From Pseudomonadota bacterium (lineage in GTDB: Archaea > Thermoplasmatota > SW-10-69-26 > JACQPN01 > JAJPHT01): a stretch of 64,000 bases of DNA. Where the stretch lies: positions 32,001-96,000 of the forward strand of contig JAJPHT010000022.1 in NCBI GenBank assembly GCA_021325135.1, given 5' to 3'. Of this stretch, positions 47,379-55,878 are shown one piece after another. The position numbers and the translations under genes were made by a program. Position 1 is the first letter of the stretch. Each line of letters begins with the position of its first letter. The notes under the pieces are model-generated. The model was not told the DNA's origin and did not search any database. It was given only the letters and a program-made list of their open reading frames with translations.

Positions 47379-47476
47379 TGGACCCCCGGCTGCTCGCCCC
47401 AATCCCCACGGATGGTGCCCTGGTGTCCCCCGAGGAGAAGCTTGCCGCCGCGCAGACCCACACGCCCAACCTGGGC

Positions 47477-48745
47477 ATGACCGCGCCCACGCCCGAAGGG
47501 AAGGGCCCCCCCTCCCTCGCGGAGATGGCGCACCAGCAGTACGTCCGCGCGACGCACCACGTGAGCCTCGAGCCGTGGGTCGTGGAGCACCTCAGCCACC
47601 CCATGCGCACCACCATCGCCAGCGTCCCCGTCCGCATGGACGACGGCCAGGTCAAGGTCTTCACGGGCTACCGCTGCCAGTACAGCAACGCGCTGGGCCC
47701 CACCAAGGGCGGCATCCGCTATCACCAGGACGTGACCCTCGACGAGGTCATCGCCCTCGCGGCGTGGATGAACTGGAAGTGCGCCATCGCCGGCCTCCCC
47801 TACGGCGGCGGCAAGGGCGGCGTCGTCGTCGACCCCACGCGGCTGAGCATCGGCGAGCTGGAGCGCATCACGCGGCGCTACACGGTGGAGATGATCAACG
47901 TCTTCGGCCCCGAGAGCGACATCCCCGCGCCCGACGTGAACACCACCAGCGAGATGATGGGCTGGATCTACGACACGTACAGCATGATCAAGGGCGGCGC
48001 CGCGGCCGGCGTCGTCACCGGGAAGCCCCTCGCGCTGGGCGGCAGCCTCGGCCGCACCGAGAGCACGGGCCGCGGCGTCGTCGAGACCATCGAGGCCGCC
48101 GTGAAGCACAAGGGCAAGCGCATGCAGGACATGACCGCGTGCGTCCAGGGCTTCGGCAAGGTGGGCTACTACAGCGCCCGGTTCCTCGCCGAGCGCGGCG
48201 CCAAGGTCGTGGGCGTCAGCGACGTGAGCGCGCAGCTCTACAACAAGAACGGCATCGACGTCGAGGACCTCTTCGCCTTCGCCCGCAAGAACAAGGGCCT
48301 CATCAAGGGGTACGGCAAGGCGCAGGAGATCTCCGACATCCTCACCTCCGAGTGCGACATCCTCGTCCCCGCCGCGCTGGAGAACCAGATCACCAGCCGC
48401 AACGCGGCCAACGTCCGCGCCAGCATCGTGGGCGAGGGCGCCAACGGCCCCACCACCGTCAAGGCCGACGAGATCCTCCACAAGAACGGCGTCTTCGTCA
48501 TCCCCGACGTCGTCGCCAACAGCGGCGGCGTCGTCGTCTCCTACTTCGAGTGGGTCCAGAACCAGCAGCACTACCCCTGGACCGAGAAGGAGGTCAACGA
48601 CCGCCTCGGCGTCATCATGGAGCGCAGCTTCCGCAACACCGTGAAGATCGCCGAGAGCAAGAGCGTCGACATGCGGACGGCGGCCTACGTGCTCGCCCTC
48701 GAACGCTGTGGAGAAGCGGTCAAGGCACGCGGCCTCTTTCCGTAG
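47477..48745 (+). CDS. gdhA: Glu/Leu/Phe/Val dehydrogenase (glutamate dehydrogenase); start may be further upstream
   Basis: GP.KGGIRY, GGGKGG, DIPAPDVNT, TGKP, QGFGKVG, EGANGP, SYFEWVQN. Confidence 0.93.
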   Translation: MTAPTPEGKGPPSLAEMAHQQYVRATHHVSLEPWVVEHLSHPMRTTIASVPVRMDDGQVKVFTGYRCQYSNALGPTKGGIRYHQDVTLDEVIALAAWMNWKCAIAGLPYGGGKGGVVVDPTRLSIGELERITRRYTVEMINVFGPESDIPAPDVNTTSEMMGWIYDTYSMIKGGAAAGVVTGKPLALGGSLGRTESTGRGVVETIEAAVKHKGKRMQDMTACVQGFGKVGYYSARFLAERGAKVVGVSDVSAQLYNKNGIDVEDLFAFARKNKGLIKGYGKAQEISDILTSECDILVPAALENQITSRNAANVRASIVGEGANGPTTVKADEILHKNGVFVIPDVVANSGGVVVSYFEWVQNQQHYPWTEKEVNDRLGVIMERSFRNTVKIAESKSVDMRTAAYVLALERCGEAVKARGLFP

Positions 48746-48874
48746 CCCTATCTCCACTGCCGCTCGCGATGGGTGGGGCCTGTGGCTGCCACCTCAGGAG
48801 GAGTCCCACGGAAGGCGCGGTCGGCCCCGCGCGACGGAGGAGGGGCCCTTTGTGGGCCGCCACGGGGGATTTTG

Positions 48875-49879
48875 CTATCGCGGGACGCCCAGGTCGTCGG
48901 GCTCGTCCTCGGCGAGGACCGCGGCGCCGACGTCCTTTCTGGGGATGGCGGCCTGCTGGAGGAGGCGCTGGGTGACGAGGATGGGCGCGCCGACGCGGAC
49001 GGCCAGGGCGATGCCGTCGCTGGGGCGGGCGTCGAAGCGGCGGCGGAAGGTCACGCCGTCGCGCTCCACCTCCAGGGCGAGCACGGCGAAGAAGGTGTCC
49101 GTCGCCTCCTGGAAATCGTCGATGAGGACGTGCTCCACGATGGCGCCCAGCTCGTTGAGGATCTGCGAGAAGAGGTCGTGCGTGAAGGGGCGCGGCGTCA
49201 ATTGGCCATCCAGGGCAAGCTGGATGCTCATGGCCTGCGCCTGGTCGATGCTCATGGCGAGGACGTGCTCGCTCCAGGGGCCCGGCTGCGTCGCGGAGAG
49301 GAACACGCGCACGCCGTCCGAGGTCGTGTAGACGCCCTCCACCTGCACGCGCACGAGGTCGCCCGTCGCGGGCTCGGGCACCTCGCCGCGCGCGAGGGGG
49401 CGCGTCGCGAGGCCCTGCGCGTCCTGCTCCGCCGCCAGCGCGTCGAGGCGCTGGTCGTGGGGCACGCCCGCCGCGCGGAGCACCTTCGCGTGCGCGTAGA
49501 TGGGGCAGCGCGTGCGCGCCGCCAAGGCCAGGCAGTCGCTGGGCCGCGCGTCGATCCATCGGCGGCGCTCCTGCGCGCCCAGGTGGTCCACCGCGATCTG
49601 GCCGTAGAACGTAGTCTGCTCCAGGTCCTCCACCACGATCTCGCCCACGCGCGCGCCCAGGGCGTCGAGCACGCGGCAGAGGAGGTCGTGCGTCGTGGGC
49701 CGCGTGGGCGCCACGCCGTGCAGGCCCAGCTGGATGTTGTGCGCCTGCACGGGGTCGATCCAGATGGGGAGGTCGGTCCCGGCGCCGCGGGCGTCCTTGG
49801 CGGAGAGGATGACGACCGGCGGACCCTGCGCGGCCTGGAAGACGCCGAGGATCTCCATGCGCGTGCGGTCGCCGCTCAT
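48875..49879 (-). CDS. Bifunctional nuclease (DUF151/BFN) with two tandem domains
   Basis: Two copies of ...QA..I.L ... RP.THDL ... DARPSD..ALA.R. Confidence 0.85.
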   Translation of the reverse strand: MSGDRTRMEILGVFQAAQGPPVVILSAKDARGAGTDLPIWIDPVQAHNIQLGLHGVAPTRPTTHDLLCRVLDALGARVGEIVVEDLEQTTFYGQIAVDHLGAQERRRWIDARPSDCLALAARTRCPIYAHAKVLRAAGVPHDQRLDALAAEQDAQGLATRPLARGEVPEPATGDLVRVQVEGVYTTSDGVRVFLSATQPGPWSEHVLAMSIDQAQAMSIQLALDGQLTPRPFTHDLFSQILNELGAIVEHVLIDDFQEATDTFFAVLALEVERDGVTFRRRFDARPSDGIALAVRVGAPILVTQRLLQQAAIPRKDVGAAVLAEDEPDDLGVPR

Positions 49880-49955
49880 GCCGCCCGCCAACGGGGGGTC
49901 CTCGGCATAAGCGTTCGTGGCAGACGAGACGCCGCGCTCGCTGAGCTTCGCTCAG

Positions 49956-50030
49956 CGAGCGCGGCGGGATTCGAACCCGCGACCCCTGGCTTAGAAGGCC
50001 AGTGCACTATCCGGACTGTGCTACGCGCCC
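49956..50030 (-). tRNA. tRNA-Arg (TCT)
   Basis: Cloverleaf; CTGGC-CT-TCT-AA-GCCAG anticodon arm; GGTTCGAATCC. Confidence 0.95.
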
Positions 50031-50168
50031 CGTGGGGACGCACCAGCGGAGCGGGTCCCTCGCCTTGAGCCTTCGGAGGCCGAACCGGCCTCGCCTCATT
50101 CCCCTCAGGCACAATCCATACCTATTTCAAGGAAGGGTTGGCGAAACGGGAGGGAAAGGTATCCAGCC

Positions 50169-50891
50169 ATGGGACTTGCGACGACGGGCATCGCCGGCCT
50201 CGACGCCCAGCTGGGCGGGGGCATCCCGAGGGGCACGACGCTCCTCCTCATCGGCGAGCCTGGCAACGCCATCCCGCTCTTCAGCGAGCAGTTCGCGGGA
50301 GGCGGCCTCGACACGGGGGAGGACGTGCACTTCTTCGAGTTCGACCGGCCCGTCAACGAGCTTCGCAAGAGCATCGGCTCCTACGTCATGCGCGGCAACG
50401 AGGAGAAGGCTCAGCTCACCCTCTACGACGGCTACGCGCCCAGCTTCGCCTCCGCGCGCAGCGTGAAGCTCCGCGAGGCCAACGCCAGCCCCGTCCACCC
50501 CGCGCAGGCCCTTGCGACCTGCATGGGCGCGCTCCAGGGAGTGGGCGCCAAGCCGTACCGCGTCGTCGTCGAGACGCTGTCTTCCCTGGCGCGCCCCGAC
50601 AACGAGCGCGAGCTTGTCGAGTTCTTCCGCAACCTCGTCTTCATGGGCCAGGAGCTCGGAGGCATGCACCTCGTGAGCATCGTGAAGGGCCTCCACAGCG
50701 CCGCCTTCGAGACGCAGATGCGCCACCTCGCCGGCGGCGTCATCGAGTTCGGCGCCGAGCGCAAGGGGTTCGGCATCTACAACTACCTCGTCGTCTCCAA
50801 GCTCCTCAACGTCAAGGACCCCACCCGCATCCTCCTCTGGAAGGAGACCGAGAAGGGGCTCTGGCTGGAGAGCACGAAACGCGTCTTCTGA
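50169..50891 (+). CDS. RAD55/KaiC-like single-domain protein with degenerate Walker A
   Basis: TGI.GLD..LGGGIP.G..LL.GEPG, followed by NAIPLF instead of xGKT. Confidence 0.8.
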   Translation: MGLATTGIAGLDAQLGGGIPRGTTLLLIGEPGNAIPLFSEQFAGGGLDTGEDVHFFEFDRPVNELRKSIGSYVMRGNEEKAQLTLYDGYAPSFASARSVKLREANASPVHPAQALATCMGALQGVGAKPYRVVVETLSSLARPDNERELVEFFRNLVFMGQELGGMHLVSIVKGLHSAAFETQMRHLAGGVIEFGAERKGFGIYNYLVVSKLLNVKDPTRILLWKETEKGLWLESTKRVF

Positions 50892-51128
50892 GCTTCGCTC
50901 GCGGAGGGGCCTCTGCTCGCGCTCCCGATGGGTGGGGCCTTTGTGGGGCTCGCAACGAGGGAGGGCCCTCAGGCGCGGGGCGGCGCGCCGCTTCCGGAGG
51001 GGGTCCTTTGGGAAGGTTCGACGGGGATATCCGCCCTGGCGGGCCGTCAGATCGCCGGAGTGCAGGGGCGCGGGAGGGGTCCCCTGGGATGACTCCCCGG
51101 GACTGGGGCGGTTGGGCGAAAGGAGACC

Positions 51129-51136
51129 TTTTATAA
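51129..51136 (+). promoter_or_regulatory. TATA box of the pilus operon
   Basis: TTTTATAA about 30 nt upstream of ATG 51166. Confidence 0.65.
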
Positions 51137-51165
51137 TTCCTGTTTGAGGAAAACCCTCCGCAGCC

Positions 51166-52335
51166 ATGACCCTGGAGGCGACGTCGGAGGACCGCAACCC
51201 GTCGCGAGGGCTGCTGGGGGACGAGGGCGTGAGCCCCGTCATCGGCATGATCCTCGTGCTCGCCATCTCCATCGTGGGGATCGCGGCCATCCTGTACTGG
51301 GGCCTTCCCGCCATCGACGAGATGAAGGCCAACGTCGAGCACCGCTCGGTGCAGAGCCAGTTCCAGGACCTGGACAGCACGCTCAAGGAGCTCGTCGCCG
51401 GCACGACGGAGAAGACCGCCAAGCGCTGGCAGCCCACCATCAACCGCGGCGAGATCGTCGTGCGGAACAACACCGAGCCGTGGCTCTTCGCGACCGACGG
51501 CTACCAGTCGGACGCCGTCAACGGCAAGGCCTACGACTTCGGCTGGTGGGGCTTCACCGACGGCGACAACACCTTCACCGTCCACAACAACGCGACGTTC
51601 AACATCCCCTCGGCGCAGGTCTTCGGCTACAGCGTCGGCGCGGGCGCCTCGCTCACGCAGTTCAACCTCTCCGGGCCCGGCGACGCCAACGGCGTGCAGA
51701 ACGCCTCCGTCACCAACTGGGGCGCGAACACGTCCATCAGCTTCCGCGCCTACCTCATGAACAGCGCGACCTCCATGGGCCTGAACGGCGGGCCGTTCTA
51801 CTTCAAGGTCTACAACGGCACGCAGCTGGTCGCCCAGGCGTGGTACGTCAACACGTCGCGCATCGACTACTCGCTCCACGCGGGCGTCTCCGAGCGCTCG
51901 GTCACGGAGAACAACGGCGCCGTCATCTCCAGCGTCTCGGGCTCCTACACGCTCCTCAACGCGCCCTCCATCCCGCCCCCCACGAACACCAGCGGCTCGC
52001 ACCGCTTCTTCGCGCGCGCCCTCGTGCTCAACGGCTCCTCGGGCTTCGCGGGCAACAACCAGTTCGACCTCCTCGTCAGCCTCTACTCGACCTCCGTCCT
52101 GGCCAGCTACGACTGCGCGGCCACCGACCACAGCGACTGCGTGGCCTCCGCGAAGATCACGGACTTCGGCACGCTCCAGGCGCCCTGGTACGCGTACCTC
52201 AGCGATCCCAACCGCGGCTACGGCAGCCTCGTCCAGAAGACGGAGTACGGCAACACCGCCGTGAAGTACCTCGAAGACCGCCAGGCGTACATGGGCTACA
52301 CGCTGATCGAATCGGCCCTCAACCTCTCCGGGTGA
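51166..52335 (+). CDS. Type IV pilin-like protein (minor pilin)
   Basis: DEG|VSPVIGMILVLAI...YWG.P class III signal; many N-glycosylation sequons. Confidence 0.82.
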   Translation: MTLEATSEDRNPSRGLLGDEGVSPVIGMILVLAISIVGIAAILYWGLPAIDEMKANVEHRSVQSQFQDLDSTLKELVAGTTEKTAKRWQPTINRGEIVVRNNTEPWLFATDGYQSDAVNGKAYDFGWWGFTDGDNTFTVHNNATFNIPSAQVFGYSVGAGASLTQFNLSGPGDANGVQNASVTNWGANTSISFRAYLMNSATSMGLNGGPFYFKVYNGTQLVAQAWYVNTSRIDYSLHAGVSERSVTENNGAVISSVSGSYTLLNAPSIPPPTNTSGSHRFFARALVLNGSSGFAGNNQFDLLVSLYSTSVLASYDCAATDHSDCVASAKITDFGTLQAPWYAYLSDPNRGYGSLVQKTEYGNTAVKYLEDRQAYMGYTLIESALNLSG

Positions 52336-52338
52336 CGC

Positions 52339-52812
52339 ATGAGACGAGCGATGGACGACTCGGGCACCTCCGAAGTCATCGGCTTCATCCTCAGCTTCGC
52401 CCTGAGCTCCATCTTCCTCCTCATCGCGCTCTCCACCTACCACCAGGCCAGCGACAACACCGACGGCGTCGTCACCGGCGTCGAGCTCAAGGCGGTCGCC
52501 GACCGCATCGCGACGCGCGTCGTGGACGCCGGCCTCATCGGGCAGGAGTTCCCCAACGCGAGCCTCAACATCACCATGGACCTGCCGCAGACGGCCAACG
52601 GCCACTCCTACCTGGTCACGGCCAACGCGTCCACCATCAGCGTCGCGGCGACCGACGGCACGGTCTCCGCCTCCTCGACCACGTTCAAGCTGGACGCGGT
52701 GTCCGGCGTCACCGTCTCCGGGTCGGTCTACTCGACCCAGGAGCGCATCGTCATCACCTACAGCCTCCAGAACGGGGGCTCGACCAAGCAGATCGTCATC
52801 CACGGGGCATGA
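52339..52812 (+). CDS. Type IV pilin-like protein
   Basis: DSG|TSEVIGFIL H-domain; EL..VADRIA ... LP motif seen in euryarchaeal minor pilins. Confidence 0.8.
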   Translation: MRRAMDDSGTSEVIGFILSFALSSIFLLIALSTYHQASDNTDGVVTGVELKAVADRIATRVVDAGLIGQEFPNASLNITMDLPQTANGHSYLVTANASTISVAATDGTVSASSTTFKLDAVSGVTVSGSVYSTQERIVITYSLQNGGSTKQIVIHGA

Positions 52813-55007
52813 ACATGGAAACGCAGATTCCCTTCCCGAAGTTCGTCCAGGGCCTCAAGGACGCCGGCGCGTCCATCACGGGCGCGCAGCTCCTGGCGGA
52901 CCCCAACGGCTCGTGGCGCGGCCTCTCCCGCGAGGTCCGCGCCCGCTGGCTCGCGGAGGCGCAGATCGCCGCGGACCCCGACGCGGTCGAGCTGCGCACC
53001 GGCAAGCTGCCCGACGCGAAGAAGAGCCTCGACGCGATCCTCGTCATCCTCTCGTACCCCGAGCCCTCCGCGCAAGGCGCCGCCCCCGCCCCCGCGCCGG
53101 AGCCCGCCAAGAAGTCGCGCAAGCCCAAGGCGAAGGCCAAGGGCAAGGTCGAGTCCCACGAGCAGACGCCCGTCCATGCTCCCGCGCCGCCCCCCGCGCC
53201 CGAGGCGCAGGCCCCCGCCCCGGAGCCTGCCCCCGCGCCGGAGCCCGCGCCCGCCCCCGAGGCGCCCGCGGCGAAGGGCATCAAGGGTCTCTTCGGCAAG
53301 CTCACCGGCGGCGCCAAGAAGGAGGCGCCCGCGGCGGCCGCGCCCACGAGCGTCACCGAGATCCCGCCTCCGCCCGAGGACTCCGACCAGGTCGAGGTCT
53401 ACGCGGTGCAGGAGCCCTACGCCTACGTGCGCATCCTCTTCCACAAGGAGAAGAAGGAGCACCGCTACGAGGTCATCGAGCCGCCCCTCACCGAGCGCGA
53501 GCGGAGCATCCTCGACTTCATCGAGAACACCATGATCGACGTGATCGAGGTGGGCCTGGCCGCGATCACGAAGGAGCAGGCCGCGACCATGCTGCGCAAG
53601 CACGTGGACGAGGTCATCTACGACTACAGCATCTCGCTGACCGCCCTCGCGCGCGAGAAGGTGCTCTACTACATCCTGCGCGACTTCCTGGGGTTCGGCA
53701 AGCTCGACCCCATCATGCGCGACGAGTTCATCGAGGACGTCTCGTGCGACGGCCCCGGCACGCCCATCTTCCTCTACCACCGGAAGTACGAGTCCATCCG
53801 CAGCACGGTGGTCTACCCCACCGACGAGGAGCTTGACAGCTACGTCATCAAGATGGCGCAGCGCTCGGGCAAGTCGGTGTCCATCGCGGAGCCCCTCCTC
53901 GACGCCACGCTTCCGGACGGCTCGCGTCTCAACGCCACGCTCTCCGACGAGGTGACGGACGGCGGCTCGACGTTCACCATCCGCAAGTTCAAGGAGGACC
54001 CGTTCACGCTGCCCGACCTCATCCGGTTCGGCACCATGAGCGACGACCTCCTCGCCTACTGGTGGCTTGCGGTGCAGAACGGCGCCAGCGCCATCTACGC
54101 GGGCGGCACGGCGTCGGGCAAGACGACGAGCCTCAACGCCATCCTCCTGTTCATCCCGCCGCAGATGAAGATCGTCAGCATCGAGGACACGCGCGAGGTC
54201 AACATCCCCCACGAGAACTGGATCGCGGGCGTCACGCGCGCCGGCTTCGGGCCCCGCGACAACAACGGCCGCCAGGCGGGCGAAATCGACATGTTCTCGC
54301 TCCTGAAGGCCGCGCTGCGTCAGCGCCCCGAGTACATCCTCGTGGGTGAGGTGCGTGGCCAGGAGGCCACCGCGCTCTTCCAGGCCATGGCCACGGGCCA
54401 CACGGCCTACGGCACGATGCACGCGGACTCCACCGAGGCGGTCATCCACCGCCTGGAGAGCGAGCCCATCAGCATCCCGCGCTCGCTGCTGGAGGCGCTC
54501 GACGTCGTGTCCATCCAGATCCAGACGCGCATCGGCGACCGCCGCGTGCGCCGCACCAAGGAGCTGGTGGAGATCGTCGGCCTCGACCCGCACACGCGCG
54601 AGATCCTCACCAACGAGGTGTTCCGGTGGGACTCCGCGACGGACACGTTCGAGTTCAGCGGCGTCTCCTACGTCCTGGAGCGCATCCAGATGGAGCGCAA
54701 CATGACGGAGTCCGACATGCGCGACGAGTTCAACCGCCGCAAGCGGATCCTCCGCTACATGGTGGACAACAACGTGCGCAGCCTGGAGGAGGTCGGGCGC
54801 ATCATCGCGACGTACTACCGCGACCCCGAGTCCGTCGTCGCCATGATCGAGGGCCGCGACACGCCCGAGGCGCAGCGCGCGGCCGAGGTCGTCGCCGCGG
54901 TGGCCGCCACCTCGGGCCCCAAGCCGCTCGTCGTCGAGGCGGAGCAGGCGACCGACTTCCCGGAGGTGCCCTTCCCGGGCGAGGAGAGCGGGTCCGATGG
55001 TCCTTAA
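52809..55007 (+). CDS. pilB: Type IV pilus/type II secretion assembly ATPase (PilB/FlaI/VirB11 family) with N-terminal P/A-rich linker
   Basis: IEDVSCDG, LPDGSR, TIRKF, GGTASGKTT, IEDTRE, LRQRPE...GEVRG.E, TGH..T.HA. Confidence 0.93.
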   Translation: MNMETQIPFPKFVQGLKDAGASITGAQLLADPNGSWRGLSREVRARWLAEAQIAADPDAVELRTGKLPDAKKSLDAILVILSYPEPSAQGAAPAPAPEPAKKSRKPKAKAKGKVESHEQTPVHAPAPPPAPEAQAPAPEPAPAPEPAPAPEAPAAKGIKGLFGKLTGGAKKEAPAAAAPTSVTEIPPPPEDSDQVEVYAVQEPYAYVRILFHKEKKEHRYEVIEPPLTERERSILDFIENTMIDVIEVGLAAITKEQAATMLRKHVDEVIYDYSISLTALAREKVLYYILRDFLGFGKLDPIMRDEFIEDVSCDGPGTPIFLYHRKYESIRSTVVYPTDEELDSYVIKMAQRSGKSVSIAEPLLDATLPDGSRLNATLSDEVTDGGSTFTIRKFKEDPFTLPDLIRFGTMSDDLLAYWWLAVQNGASAIYAGGTASGKTTSLNAILLFIPPQMKIVSIEDTREVNIPHENWIAGVTRAGFGPRDNNGRQAGEIDMFSLLKAALRQRPEYILVGEVRGQEATALFQAMATGHTAYGTMHADSTEAVIHRLESEPISIPRSLLEALDVVSIQIQTRIGDRRVRRTKELVEIVGLDPHTREILTNEVFRWDSATDTFEFSGVSYVLERIQMERNMTESDMRDEFNRRKRILRYMVDNNVRSLEEVGRIIATYYRDPESVVAMIEGRDTPEAQRAAEVVAAVAATSGPKPLVVEAEQATDFPEVPFPGEESGSDGP

Positions 55008-55875
55008 CGAGTTCCAGCGCGTCTCCTACAAGGTCTTCGGAGGCGCCGCGGTCCGCGGCATGAAGCTCCAGAAGCTGGAGAGCGACCTGCGCAAGGCGCG
55101 CCTGGGCGTCCGCGCCGAGGCCTACATGGCGACGACGCTCGCCTTCTCCGTCATCAGCGGGCTCTTCGGCCTCGTCATCAGCGCGTTCGTCTTCTTCGTC
55201 CTCGTGCCCGTGGCGCTCCCCCACGCGCCCAAGGTCCTCCTCGTCTTCTTCCCCGTCGTGCCCCTCATCATGGCCGCGATGTGCTACGCGACCCTCGTGG
55301 CCGCGCCCGCCAGCAAGGCCAAGAGCCGCGCGAAGAACATCGACCAGCGCGTGCCCTACGCGCTCAACTACATCAGCGCCATGGCCGGCGCGGGCGTGAA
55401 CATCGACCAGGTGTTCCGCAGCCTCGGCGAGCAGGAGAAGGTCTACGGCGAGTGCGCCAAGGAGGCGCAGGCCATCTACCGCGACATGGCGTACTTCGGC
55501 AAGGACTCCGTGACGGCCATGAAGCGCGCCATCGAGCGCAGCCCCTCCGACAAGTGGCAGGAGTTCCTCCAGGGCGCCATCACGACCGTCACCAGCGGCG
55601 GCAACCTCCAGCTCTACTTCGCCAGCAAGGCGGAGCGCTTCATGTGGGAGAACCGCCAGAACCAGAAGGCGTTCGTCGACCTCATGGGCCTCATGGCCGA
55701 GACCTACGTCACGGCCGCCGTGGCCGGCCCCCTCTTCCTCATCGTGATGATGAGCATCATGGGCATGCTGGGCGGCGGCGGGCCCGGCTCGCTCTACCTC
55801 ATCGTCTACATGATGCTCCCCGCGGCGAACTTCGGCTTCGCCTTCGCGCTGACCGCCATGACCCCGGAGGTGTGA
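54997..55875 (+). CDS. pilC: PilC/TadC (T2SS F) membrane platform protein
   Basis: ID..VPYA..Y ... YGE...E ... SPS....EFL ... AE.YV. Confidence 0.88.
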   Translation: MVLNEFQRVSYKVFGGAAVRGMKLQKLESDLRKARLGVRAEAYMATTLAFSVISGLFGLVISAFVFFVLVPVALPHAPKVLLVFFPVVPLIMAAMCYATLVAAPASKAKSRAKNIDQRVPYALNYISAMAGAGVNIDQVFRSLGEQEKVYGECAKEAQAIYRDMAYFGKDSVTAMKRAIERSPSDKWQEFLQGAITTVTSGGNLQLYFASKAERFMWENRQNQKAFVDLMGLMAETYVTAAVAGPLFLIVMMSIMGMLGGGGPGSLYLIVYMMLPAANFGFAFALTAMTPEV

Positions 55876-55878
55876 GAC

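Noticed and set aside
50895-51090. CRISPR array
   Set aside because: Motifs are about 11 nt, degenerate and irregularly spaced; no cas genes in the window.
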